A stretch of 64,000 bases of DNA from the NCBI GenBank assembly GCA_040901675.1, contig JBBDYJ010000035.1, positions 32,001 to 96,000 on the forward strand. The letters run 5' to 3'. A program made the position numbers and the translations under genes. The notes beneath the pieces were generated by a model. That model searched no databases and was not told the origin of the DNA. It saw only the letters and a program-made list of their open reading frames with translations. Of the stretch, positions 1 to 9,276 are shown piece by piece. Within the stretch, counting starts at the first letter, position 1. The number at the start of each line of letters is the position of its first letter. The DNA comes from Pirellulales bacterium. Lineage in GTDB: Bacteria > Planctomycetota > Planctomycetia > Pirellulales > JAICIG01.

Positions 1-351
1 ATTTTTGTGGGCGCGGCGCATAGCGGGCTTTGCCATCCGGCCAGCGGTTATTGGGTCGCGATTCTTGCGCTGTTGACCGCCTACTCCGGCACGCTGGGCC
101 AGGCCGTGGGAGTTCAGCGCGAGTTCAGCGGAACCATGTCCAAGCCGTGGCGAATGGTCGCTCTGCACGTAGGTTCATGGATTCTGCTGGCCGATCTTTG
201 GTGGGCCGGATGGACCAGCTCCTGGCGGCTCAGTATTCTCGACTGGACTCATCTCGTGATCATCGCCGGCTGTCTTCAAACCATCTTCGTGCGGCTCGCT
301 CGCATCTTGCGCGCGCTCGAGAAGCGCTCTTCCAGAGAGGGAAGGCCGTAA
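1..351 (+). CDS. CDP-alcohol phosphatidyltransferase (YnbA-like), 5'-truncated by the window edge
   Basis: Hydrophobic C-terminal part with 'LTAYSGTLGQAVG..REFSGTMSKPWRM', typical of the YnbA-like family; lies upstream of ynbB/ynbC-like genes. Confidence 0.75.
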   Translation: MFVGAAHSGLCHPASGYWVAILALLTAYSGTLGQAVGVQREFSGTMSKPWRMVALHVGSWILLADLWWAGWTSSWRLSILDWTHLVIIAGCLQTIFVRLARILRALEKRSSREGRP

Positions 352-418
352 TCGAGACAGCGCGCGATTTGCACGCGGCTTCGCAACTTGCTCGCAGCTT
401 CGTAACTGGACTGAAAAC

Positions 419-1366
419 ATGTCACCGCGGATGGCGCTGGAAAGCGAGATCTTCCGGGCTTACCTGGCAATCGTCATCGGCCTGCTCTTGCTCGGCGGCG
501 CCACGCTCGCCGTACTCCGCTGGATCGCAAAACGCAACGTGCACCACGCCTGGCAAGCGTTTCAAGGCTGGCTGCTGATGGCCCCCGCCGTGCTGGCCGC
601 CCTGTTCCTGGGACGTGTGGCGGGCATCCTCTTCATCATCGCCCTGGCGACCTGCGGATTCTGGGAATACGCCCGGGCTACGGACCTGGCTCGGGACCGC
701 GCCATCAGCGGCGTGGTCTTCGTCGGCATCCTCGGCATGGGCGGCATCGCGCTGGCCATCGATCCTTTCCTCGGCCTGCCAGGCTGGTACGGCATGTTCA
801 TGACGTTGCCGGTTTACGTGATCGCCGCCATTTTGCTGGTCCCGATCATTCGCAACCGTGCGGCGGGGCAACTGCAAAATGTCGCGCTGGCCGTGCTGGG
901 GTTCGTTTACATCGGCTGGATGTTGGGGCACCTGGCGTTTCTGGTCAACTCCCGCCATGCCTACGGATACCTATTGTTCCTCTTCTTCGCCGTCGAGTCC
1001 AACGACGTGGCGGCCTACTGTTGCGGCCGCCTGTTCGGGCGGCATCCGCTTCGCGGCAACATCAGCCCCAAGAAGACCTGGGAAGGCTCTTTCGGCGGCC
1101 TGGCCGTATCGCTGGCGCTGCCCTGGTTGCTGTGGTTCTCCTTTCCACATTTCGGGGCTTTGGAATTGATCCTGACCGGGCTGATCGTCGGTATTGGCGG
1201 CCAGTTGGGCGACCTTTCGATCAGCATGATCAAGCGCGACGTGGGCCTCAAGGACATGGGCAGCGCCATTCCAGGCCATGGCGGAATCCTGGACCGCATC
1301 GACAGCTTGATCTACGTCGCCCCGCTGTTTCTTCACATGGTTCGCTTTTTTCACGATTTGTACTGA
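419..1366 (+). CDS. Phosphatidate cytidylyltransferase (CdsA/YnbB family)
   Basis: Membrane protein with the ISPKKTWEG and SMIKRDVGLKDMGSAIPGHGGILDRIDS signatures. Confidence 0.95.
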   Translation: MSPRMALESEIFRAYLAIVIGLLLLGGATLAVLRWIAKRNVHHAWQAFQGWLLMAPAVLAALFLGRVAGILFIIALATCGFWEYARATDLARDRAISGVVFVGILGMGGIALAIDPFLGLPGWYGMFMTLPVYVIAAILLVPIIRNRAAGQLQNVALAVLGFVYIGWMLGHLAFLVNSRHAYGYLLFLFFAVESNDVAAYCCGRLFGRHPLRGNISPKKTWEGSFGGLAVSLALPWLLWFSFPHFGALELILTGLIVGIGGQLGDLSISMIKRDVGLKDMGSAIPGHGGILDRIDSLIYVAPLFLHMVRFFHDLY

Positions 1367-1472
1367 ACAAGGGCGTCTTCATGGTAAGCTGACGGCGCTC
1401 CGTTATTCAGCGAACCCGGTCAGCAATCCCGGCCGCGCTTGCGTCCGATCCCGCTTTGTTACGGTGCCTGCG

Positions 1473-3269
1473 ATGAGCACGCGGCAGATCCAATCGCTGT
1501 CTCCCGGCCTGCCTGAGCAGGTCACCGAGCACAGGCTGGTCAATTGGGATGGAATCGAACTTTTCTACCGGGCCTGGCTGCCCCAGCAGCCTGCCGAGCG
1601 GGCGGTATTTCTGTTCCATCGCGGCCACGAGCACTCCGGCCGGTTCCTGGACATTGTGCCCGAGTTATCGCTGGACCGGACCGCGTTCTTCGCTTGGGAC
1701 GCACGAGGTCACGGGCAATCTCCAGGCGCGCGGGGACACGCGCCGAGCTTTGCCTGCGTCGTCAAGGACCTTGATTTCTTCGTGCGCACGGTGGCGAGGC
1801 AACACGGCATTCCGCTCTCCGACGTGATCGTCTTGGGCCATAGCGTCGGCGCGGTCGCGGTGGCGAACTGGATTCACGACTATGCGCCCCCCATCCGGGC
1901 CATGGTGCTCGTCACTCCGGCCCTGCGGGTGAAGCTGTACGTCCCGCTGGCGATTCCAGCCTTGCGGCTGTGGCGGGCGGCTCGCGGCGAGAGCCCCATG
2001 TTCGTCCAAAGCTACGTGAAGTCTACGATGCTCACGCACGACCCCGAACAGGCGAAGCGCTACGACGAGGACCCGCTGATCGCACGGGCCATTGCCGTGA
2101 ACATCCTCGTCGATCTGTACGACGTCTCGACCCGCCTGATCCGCGACGCGGGGGCAATTCGTCTGCCCGTGCTGCTGCTGGCAGCCGGAAGATCGGATTG
2201 GGTCGTCCGGCTGGACGCCCAGCAAGCTTTTTTCGACCGCCTCGGCTCGCCGATCAAGCGGATGCAGGCCTTCGAGGGGATGTATCACGATATTCTGCAC
2301 GAGTCCGACCGGCGGCAGGTGATCGAGACGGTGCGCGATTTCATGACCGAGATGTTCGAGCGGCCCACTCCAGCGGCGGAATTGCTCGACGCGGACCGCA
2401 AAGGCCACACGCGAGACGAGTACGAGCGCTTGCTGCGACCGCTGCCGCGGCTCTCGTTACGTCGCTGGTCGTATGCGGCGCAGCGCGTCGTCATGCGGAC
2501 CCTGGGTTGCTTGAGCGAAGGCATCCGTGTCGGATGGCGGAGTGGGTTTGATTCGGGTGAGTCGTTGGATTACATCTATCGGAACCAACCTCGAGGTTCG
2601 TTATGGATCGGCAAGTTGGGCGACCGCCTCTATCTGAACGCCGCGGGCTGGCGAGGCATCCGGCAGCGGCGAGAACACTTGGAAAACCTGCTGCGCGTGG
2701 CCATCGGCCGCGTGCGCGACGGCGGCCGCCCGGCGCGCGTGCTGGATATTGCTTCCGGATATGGCGGCTATATCCTGGAGATCATTCGCTCGCTGCCGCC
2801 GGGCACCGTCGAGTCGGCCCTGCTCCGCGACAACACGCCGGCCAACTTGGCTGCCGCCCGCAAAATGGCCGAGCGGATGCAATTGACCGGCGTCGGCTTC
2901 GCCCAGGCGGACGCTTTTGACGAAGAATCGCTGGCCGCGATCGATCCGCCTCCCAACGTGACCGTTGTCTCCGGACTGTACGAGCTGTTTCCAGACAACT
3001 CCATGATTCGGGCTTCTTTACGCGGCATCGCGCGGGCCATGCGCGACGGAGGGCTCCTCATCTATACCGGCCAGCCTTGGCACCCGCAGTTGGAAATGAT
3101 CGCCCGTGTGCTGAGCAACCGCGAGGGCCGCCCCTGGGTCATGCGCCGCCGGACACAGCAGGAGTTGGACGAGTTGGTCCGCTCCGCCGGCTTCGAAAAA
3201 ACGGAAATGGAAGTGGATTCGATGGGCATCTTCACCGTATCGCTTGCCCGGCTCGGCGCCCCCACATGA
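1473..3269 (+). CDS. Bifunctional alpha/beta hydrolase (lysophospholipase-like) / SAM methyltransferase, YnbC-like
   Basis: HRGHEHSGR, GHSVG nucleophile elbow, GFDSGESLDY, LDIASGYG, YTGQPWHPQLEMIAR and WVMRRRTQ motifs; ATG at 1473 (alternative GTG at 1464). Confidence 0.9.
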   Translation: MSTRQIQSLSPGLPEQVTEHRLVNWDGIELFYRAWLPQQPAERAVFLFHRGHEHSGRFLDIVPELSLDRTAFFAWDARGHGQSPGARGHAPSFACVVKDLDFFVRTVARQHGIPLSDVIVLGHSVGAVAVANWIHDYAPPIRAMVLVTPALRVKLYVPLAIPALRLWRAARGESPMFVQSYVKSTMLTHDPEQAKRYDEDPLIARAIAVNILVDLYDVSTRLIRDAGAIRLPVLLLAAGRSDWVVRLDAQQAFFDRLGSPIKRMQAFEGMYHDILHESDRRQVIETVRDFMTEMFERPTPAAELLDADRKGHTRDEYERLLRPLPRLSLRRWSYAAQRVVMRTLGCLSEGIRVGWRSGFDSGESLDYIYRNQPRGSLWIGKLGDRLYLNAAGWRGIRQRREHLENLLRVAIGRVRDGGRPARVLDIASGYGGYILEIIRSLPPGTVESALLRDNTPANLAAARKMAERMQLTGVGFAQADAFDEESLAAIDPPPNVTVVSGLYELFPDNSMIRASLRGIARAMRDGGLLIYTGQPWHPQLEMIARVLSNREGRPWVMRRRTQQELDELVRSAGFEKTEMEVDSMGIFTVSLARLGAPT

Positions 3270-4249
3270 GCGAGTCCACGGATATTCTTGCCGGATACTT
3301 CAGGCTGATGAACCTCAACGGCGCCTCGCACGTGTATCGCGAGGCCGTTCGGTCCGGCGCGCTGGACGCTTTGCGCTCGGGTCGCCGGACGGCCGAGGCC
3401 GTGGGCCAGGCCTGCGGCACCGTGCACCGGCCCACGCAGTTGCTTCTCGACGCGCTGTCGGCGCTGGGCCTGTTAAACAAGAACGATGAGGGCTATGCAC
3501 TCGATCCGCTGGCCCAGATGCTGCTGATGGGCGATTACCGCAACCTCGGAGACGAGTACTGGGCCCAATTGCCGGCATGGCTCAAGACGGGCGAGCCGCT
3601 TGTGAAAATGGACGACATCGCGCAGCGTGAAGCCCACTACCAGGCCCAGGCGGCCATCCTCGGCTGGATGCTGACGCCGGCGGCACGATGCGCCGCGCAC
3701 ATCATGCGGGCAAACTGGGTTTCGGAGGCGGCACGCATCCTCGACATCGGCGCCGGCTCGGCCATCTGGAGTTTGACGCTGGCCCGCGAAACTCCCACGG
3801 CAACCGTGACGGCGGTCGATTGGCCGTCGGTGTTGGAGGTCGCCGCCGAGACGGCCGGGCAATTTGGGCTGTTGGACCGTCTGACCAAGCTCCCCGGCAA
3901 TTATCATGAGATCGAGTTCCCGCGGGGCTGGTTCGACGTGGCGATCCTCGGCAACGTGACCCACCTGGAGAGACGTAGTGATAACGTGGCGTTGCTCGCC
4001 AAGACGCGCGGCGCTCTCAAGCCGGGCGGGCGGGTCGTTATCTTCGATATTTTTCCGGGGCAGTCTCGCGGCGACTTGAACCGCGCACTCTATTCCCTGG
4101 GTCTTGCCTTACGGACAAAGCACGGGCACGTTTACTCAGTGCAAGAATTTGACTCGATGCTTCGTGAAAGCGGATTCGGCCCGCCCCAACTTTTTCCCTT
4201 GGAGGTGCCTCCCTTCGCCCTCGGCATGCTGACCGCCGCCACGCTGTAG
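3266..4249 (+). CDS. Class I SAM-dependent methyltransferase (O-methyltransferase family 2-like, N-terminal dimerisation domain)
   Basis: ILDIGAGSA motif I and ALKPGGRVVI; ATGA overlap with the upstream stop. Confidence 0.85.
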   Translation: MSESTDILAGYFRLMNLNGASHVYREAVRSGALDALRSGRRTAEAVGQACGTVHRPTQLLLDALSALGLLNKNDEGYALDPLAQMLLMGDYRNLGDEYWAQLPAWLKTGEPLVKMDDIAQREAHYQAQAAILGWMLTPAARCAAHIMRANWVSEAARILDIGAGSAIWSLTLARETPTATVTAVDWPSVLEVAAETAGQFGLLDRLTKLPGNYHEIEFPRGWFDVAILGNVTHLERRSDNVALLAKTRGALKPGGRVVIFDIFPGQSRGDLNRALYSLGLALRTKHGHVYSVQEFDSMLRESGFGPPQLFPLEVPPFALGMLTAATL

Positions 4250-4556
4250 CGACAGTCTCTCTTCCCGCCCCGTGTGGGGCGTGGAGGGGCTAGTCAGCGT
4301 GGATGCGCCGAAAGGGGCACTTAAAGTTTCGCTGGAGGACCCATTTGGCCAGGCTTACCCGGGGCCTCTCCGCCGACGATTGCATCCCGCCGGCCGCCGG
4401 CGAAGCGGTCCGAATCCGGCGCGAACTGGCTGCCGGCGACCTGTACAGGTTGCATTTCGCCCGTATAGCCGGACTTTCCAGGAGAACGGGGCCCGAATCG
4501 CGCAACTCCGCTCTCTTATGGGGGATGCTCCTTGCGTTCATCCTTTCGTAAAGGGG

Positions 4557-4584
4557 TTGCAATCCGCTCGTTTTCGGGCAAAAT
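4557..4584 (+). promoter_or_regulatory. Putative sigma70 promoter of the rplY operon
   Basis: TTGCAA-N16-CAAAAT about 130 nt upstream of the rplY ATG. Confidence 0.45.
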
Positions 4585-4714
4585 GACGAGATTCGCGCTT
4601 TCGGGAAACCGGGCTGTCGGCTAGGCCGATCAAGCGGCATGCAATTGGCACCCGGGTTCCCGTGGCGAGCGCGTGCTTTCTTTCTGAAGCGTTGAGGCAG
4701 ATTGAGGTTAAGCG

Positions 4715-5344
4715 ATGGCGGAGTTTTTGAAGGTTGAGACGCGCACCTCGCGCGGCAAGCGGCATGCCAGACGAATGCGGCTGGCCGGATCGGTGCCGGC
4801 CGTCCTGTATGGCCATGGAGAGCAGACCATCAGCCTTTCGGCCCCTTCGGAGCAGGTTAAGGCGGTCATCCGGCATGGGGCCCGCGTGGTCGACCTCCAA
4901 GGCGCGGTGTCCGAGAAGGCTTTTATTCGCGATCTGCAGTGGGACGTCTACGGCACGGAAGTCCTGCACCTCGATCTGACTCGTGTCTCCGCCGACGAAA
5001 AAGTGGAGGTGCAGGTCACCGTCGAGCTTCGCGGAGAAGCGCCGGGCGTCAAGGATGGCGGCGTCGTCTCGCAACTGCTGCACGAGGTCGAGGTCGAGTG
5101 CCTGGTGACGGCGATCCCCGAAAAATTGTCGTTGAACATCAACGAGTTGAAGCTGGGCGACTCGCTGTCGGCCGGCGATATCGCCCTGCCCGCGGGCACC
5201 ACGCTGCTCTCCGACCCCGAAGCGATCATCGTGCAGTGCGTTGAGCCCAAGCCGGAGGAGGAGGAAGCGGCCATCGTGGGCGAGGGTGCCGAGCCGGAGA
5301 TCATTGGGCGCAAGCCCGAAGAGGAGGAGGAAGAGGAAGGCTAG
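4715..5344 (+). CDS. rplY: 50S ribosomal protein bL25 (Ctc/TL5 long form)
   Basis: GKRHARRMRLAGSVPAVLYGHG, HLDLTRV, GEAPGVKDGG; acidic tail. Confidence 0.97.
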   Translation: MAEFLKVETRTSRGKRHARRMRLAGSVPAVLYGHGEQTISLSAPSEQVKAVIRHGARVVDLQGAVSEKAFIRDLQWDVYGTEVLHLDLTRVSADEKVEVQVTVELRGEAPGVKDGGVVSQLLHEVEVECLVTAIPEKLSLNINELKLGDSLSAGDIALPAGTTLLSDPEAIIVQCVEPKPEEEEAAIVGEGAEPEIIGRKPEEEEEEEG

Positions 5345-5355
5345 TTGGAGCTCTG

Positions 5356-5916
5356 ATGAAGCTGGTGGTGGGCCTGGGCAACCCCGGCCGCAAGTACGAA
5401 GGCACCCGGCACAACGTCGGGTTCGAGGTGCTGGCGGATTTGGCAAAGCGGTTTGGACAGGGCGCCGCCCGATCGAGTTTCCAGGCCGAGGTGGTCGACG
5501 CTAACCTCGGCGGCGAGCGGGTCGTGTTGTTGTGCCCGCAGACGTTCATGAACAACAGCGGGGCCAGCGTGGTGCGGGCCCGCGATTTTTACAAGCTGGA
5601 GAATCACGAGCTACTGGTCATCTGCGACGACTTTAACCTCCCCCTGGGCCGCCTGCGGTTTCGGGCCAAGGGGTCGTCGGGGGGCCAGAAAGGTTTAGAG
5701 GACATCATCCGCCGCCTGGGGGGCGACGAGTTCGCCAGGCTGCGGATCGGCATCGGACAGCCGCCGGAGGGTTGGGACCCGGCCGACTACGTGCTGGGGC
5801 GATTCGCCAAGGCCGAGCGCGCCGAGGCGGATGCCGCCGTGTGGCGGGCCGCGGACGCCGCGGTGGCTTGGGTCCGCGATGGGATTGAGAAGTGCATGAA
5901 TCAGTACAATGCGTAA
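5356..5916 (+). CDS. pth: Peptidyl-tRNA hydrolase
   Basis: LVVGLGNPG..Y..TRHNVGF, PQTFMNNSG, RLRIGIG, DYVLGRF. Confidence 0.98.
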   Translation: MKLVVGLGNPGRKYEGTRHNVGFEVLADLAKRFGQGAARSSFQAEVVDANLGGERVVLLCPQTFMNNSGASVVRARDFYKLENHELLVICDDFNLPLGRLRFRAKGSSGGQKGLEDIIRRLGGDEFARLRIGIGQPPEGWDPADYVLGRFAKAERAEADAAVWRAADAAVAWVRDGIEKCMNQYNA

Positions 5917-6016
5917 CCCAGTGCGATGCATGACTCAGTGAATGACGTTGTGCCGATACGGCGAAGACCCGGCCGTCACGTAACGAAAACCGGATTTGAT
6001 CCACCAGGAGCTTGAT

Positions 6017-6448
6017 TTGGCGCAGAACGTTTACGAAGGCTTGTTCATACTGGACTCGAACCGCTACGGGCGCGACGCGGCCGGCGTCTCGGGCCAGATT
6101 GCCGAAATGGTCGCAAAATATGACGGAGAAGTCCTGGTCAGCCGGCTCTGGGAAGAGCGGCGGCTGGCCTATCCGATTTCCGGACAGCGCAAGGGAACTT
6201 ACTGGCTGGCCTACTTCAAGCTCGACAGTGGCCAGGTGCCCAAGATCGAGCGGGAGTGCCAGTTGAGCGAGAGCATCCTGCGGGCGCTGATCCTCAAGGT
6301 CGATCCGCGGATCGTCGACGCCCTGGTCAGCCACGCGCTGACCGCCGGCACCGACGTGACCAAGAGCCGGCGCGAGCAGCCGGTCGCCGTGGAGCCGGTC
6401 GTCGAGGAGATCGAAGAAATCGCGGAAGTGGCCGAGTTGGGCAACTGA
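6017..6448 (+). CDS. rpsF: 30S ribosomal protein bS6
   Basis: YEGLFILD and WEERRLAYPI..RKGTYWL; TTG start 6 nt after AGGAG. Confidence 0.95.
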   Translation: MAQNVYEGLFILDSNRYGRDAAGVSGQIAEMVAKYDGEVLVSRLWEERRLAYPISGQRKGTYWLAYFKLDSGQVPKIERECQLSESILRALILKVDPRIVDALVSHALTAGTDVTKSRREQPVAVEPVVEEIEEIAEVAELGN

Positions 6449-6502
6449 CGTTTCCCCGGGGTTTTCCCGCGTTCTTAGGCTCTAAGCAAAAAGGGGGGTG
6501 CC

Positions 6503-7000
6503 ATGGCGAGCTACAACAGGGTGATTCTGCTTGGCAACATGACCCGCGATCCCGAGCTGCGCTACACGCCCAGCGGCACCGCCGTCTCGGAAATCGGCCT
6601 GGCCGTGAACGACCGGCGCAAGGGTGCCAACGGCGAATGGATCGAGGAAACCACGTTCGTGGACGTGACCCTCTGGGGACGCACCGCCGAGGTGGCCAGC
6701 GAGTACCTGGGCAAGGGCGCGCCGCTGCTGATCGAAGGCAGGCTGAAACTCGATCAGTGGGAAGACAAGGGCGGCGGCGGCAAGCGGTCCAAGCTGCGCG
6801 TGGTTTGCGAGCGGATGCAGATGCTGGGCGGCAAGCCCGGCAGTGGCGGTGGCGGCGGAGGCGCCCAGCGGAGTCAGGCCGCCGGTGGCCGGGCTCAGCC
6901 CTATGACGAATCAGAATACGCCGCTCCGACCGAGCACTACGCCGAACCGAGCGGCGCTGCCTCAGCCAGCCAACCACCCGACGATGACATCCCGTTTTAG
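6503..7000 (+). CDS. ssb: Single-stranded DNA-binding protein
   Basis: NRVILLGNMTRDPELRYTPSG, Gly-rich linker, C-terminal DDDIPF. Confidence 0.98.
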   Translation: MASYNRVILLGNMTRDPELRYTPSGTAVSEIGLAVNDRRKGANGEWIEETTFVDVTLWGRTAEVASEYLGKGAPLLIEGRLKLDQWEDKGGGGKRSKLRVVCERMQMLGGKPGSGGGGGGAQRSQAAGGRAQPYDESEYAAPTEHYAEPSGAASASQPPDDDIPF

Positions 7001-7108
7001 GCCGGCCGATTCGTCCGCGACAAGACCCCTGCTTGCATAACCATGCCCCGATCGAGATCGGGGCGCGAACGTTGTATCATCTCCATCTCCTGGGCGCGTA
7101 GTCTGAAT

Positions 7109-7666
7109 ATGCCAACAAGCAAGCCACGCAAACGCAAACTGCCGCACCGCAACAGGCGGCTTCCCAAGGCTGCCAGCGGCGGCATCGAACTGTTGCTGAT
7201 CCAGTCGGTGGACCATCTGGGCAAGCAGGGAGACGTCGTCGCCGTCAAGCCCGGCTATGCACGCAACTACCTGCTGCCGCAGGGCCTGGCCGCCATCGCC
7301 ACCGACCATCACAAGCGCATGATCGACAAGCACAAGGCGCGGCTGGCGGAAATCCAGAAGTCCCGCCTGGCCGGCTTGCGAAGCCAGGCCGAGGAGCTCA
7401 GCCGCCAGAGCGTCACCATCGAGGCCAATGCCAACGACGAAGGACACTTGTACGGCTCGGTGGGCGCGGCCGAGATCGTGGCGGCCTTGAAACGCAACGA
7501 CATCACCATCAGCACCGACCAGGTCCGACTGAAGGGACCGCTCAAGGAGCTGGGCTTGTACACGGTCAACATTCACATGGGCCACGAGATCGAGACCGAA
7601 CTGAAGGTCTGGGTGGTGCCCACCGTGTCGGACGAGGGCGCGGAAGCCAAGCCGGCCAAGAGTTGA
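7109..7666 (+). CDS. rplI: 50S ribosomal protein bL9 with a basic N-terminal extension
   Basis: LGKQGDVVAVKPGYARNYLLPQG, GHLYGSV, LKELGLYTV. Confidence 0.96.
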   Translation: MPTSKPRKRKLPHRNRRLPKAASGGIELLLIQSVDHLGKQGDVVAVKPGYARNYLLPQGLAAIATDHHKRMIDKHKARLAEIQKSRLAGLRSQAEELSRQSVTIEANANDEGHLYGSVGAAEIVAALKRNDITISTDQVRLKGPLKELGLYTVNIHMGHEIETELKVWVVPTVSDEGAEAKPAKS

Positions 7667-7715
7667 TCTCTCGGGCCTTGCGGCTGCTACAATACGCCGG
7701 CGATAAGGAGTCAGG

Positions 7716-9116
7716 ATGGCTACAGCGCGGCGCATTGACGAACGAGCGGGCGGCCCACGGCTGCAGTCGGAGATTCTCGACCGGCTGCCGCCGCAGAATC
7801 TCGAGGCCGAAAAAGGCGTGCTGGGCAGCCTGCTGTTGGACCCCGAGCTCTGCGACGAAGTCGCCCTGCTGTTGCGGCCCGTTGACTTCTATTCGGGCCC
7901 GCACCAGACGTTGTTCGCACACCTGCTGGCGATGCACAACGACGGGGTGCGGATCGATGTCACGCTGCTCAACGAGCGCCTGAAGAAGTGCAACGACCTG
8001 GAAGCCATCGGGGGCCTCGCCTACCTGGCCGAGGTGGCCGACTCGGTTCCGACCGCGGCCAATGCCACCTATTATGCCCAGATCGTCCGCGACAAGGCCA
8101 CGCTGCGCTCGCTGATCCACGCCAGCACCGAGATCCTCCGCGACGCCTACGACCAGTCGCTCGAAGCCCGCGACATGCTCGGCCGCGCCGAGGAAAAGGT
8201 GTTCCGCATTCTCGAGGACCAGGGCACCGGCGACCTGGCGCCGCTGGAGGACGTGCTGCACGAGGCCCTCTCGCGGATCGATGCCCGGCTCGAAAAGGGG
8301 GGCGGCATCGGCGGCATGCCGACCGGCTTCACCGATCTGGACGGTCTGACCGGCGGCTTCCACGATGGCGAGTTGGTGATCTTGGCCGCGCGGCCCAGCA
8401 TGGGCAAGACCGCGTTGGCCACCAACATTGCCGACCACGTGGCAATCAGCGGGCTGCGGACCACGCTGTTTGTCAGCCTCGAAATGTCACGCCTGGAACT
8501 GGCTGAGCGCATGCTTTGCGGCCATGGCCGCATCAACGGCCACAAGCTGCGCAACGGCTTCATCTCCGCCACCGACCGCAAGAAGCTGATCGAGTCGTCC
8601 GTGGCGATGAGCAAGGCGCCCTTGTTCATCGACGATACGCCCAGCCGGACGATGACCGAGATTGCCGCCACCGCCCGCCGCCTGCGCCGCCGGGAGAAGC
8701 TGGCGTTGGTAATTATCGACTACCTGCAGCTCATCGAGCCGGACAACCCCAAGGATCCCCGGCAGGAGCAAGTGGCCAAGATCGCCCGGCGGCTCAAGGG
8801 GCTGGCCCGCGAGTTGAAGCTTCCCGTGCTCTGCCTGGCGCAGCTCAACCGGCAAGCCGAGGTAACCAAGGACAACCGGCCGCGTCTCAACCACTTGCGC
8901 GAGAGCGGCGCGATCGAGCAGGATGCCGACGTGGTGCTGTTCGTGCACCGCGACGAGTATTACCAGAGCAACGACGACGACCGCTCCCGCGTGGCCGGTC
9001 AGGCCGACCTGATCATCGCCAAGCAGCGCAACGGCCCCACCGGCGACATCAAGCTGGCCTGGCTGCAGGACTACACCCGCTTCGAAAACCTGGCCCGCCA
9101 GCAGTACGACTTTTGA
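7716..9116 (+). CDS. dnaB: Replicative DNA helicase
   Basis: PPQNLEAE, AARPSMGKT Walker A, IIDYLQL, LRESGAIEQDAD, KQRNGPTG; no intein seen. Confidence 0.98.
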   Translation: MATARRIDERAGGPRLQSEILDRLPPQNLEAEKGVLGSLLLDPELCDEVALLLRPVDFYSGPHQTLFAHLLAMHNDGVRIDVTLLNERLKKCNDLEAIGGLAYLAEVADSVPTAANATYYAQIVRDKATLRSLIHASTEILRDAYDQSLEARDMLGRAEEKVFRILEDQGTGDLAPLEDVLHEALSRIDARLEKGGGIGGMPTGFTDLDGLTGGFHDGELVILAARPSMGKTALATNIADHVAISGLRTTLFVSLEMSRLELAERMLCGHGRINGHKLRNGFISATDRKKLIESSVAMSKAPLFIDDTPSRTMTEIAATARRLRRREKLALVIIDYLQLIEPDNPKDPRQEQVAKIARRLKGLARELKLPVLCLAQLNRQAEVTKDNRPRLNHLRESGAIEQDADVVLFVHRDEYYQSNDDDRSRVAGQADLIIAKQRNGPTGDIKLAWLQDYTRFENLARQQYDF

Positions 9117-9276
9117 AGATACATCAGCCTTCGGAGGTCTCCGGTCGGCCACGGCCCCAACTCGCCTTGTACCCCGCGGTCAGTTCCGGTATTTCTACCC
9201 AGTCTGATCGGGCCGGGCGGCTTGGACCTGGAAGCTCTATTCTACCCAGTCCGCGCCGGCTGCCAGGCTTCAGGCC

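Noticed and set aside
4272..4640. Short ORFs between the methyltransferase and rplY
   Set aside because: No RBS or motif support; they overlap the promoter and leader region
5917..6016. Possible S6:S18-binding rpsF leader
   Set aside because: Small hairpins and CCG triplets are present, but I cannot match the conserved structure with confidence
7716..9116. Intein in DnaB
   Set aside because: Normal length (466 aa) with contiguous motifs
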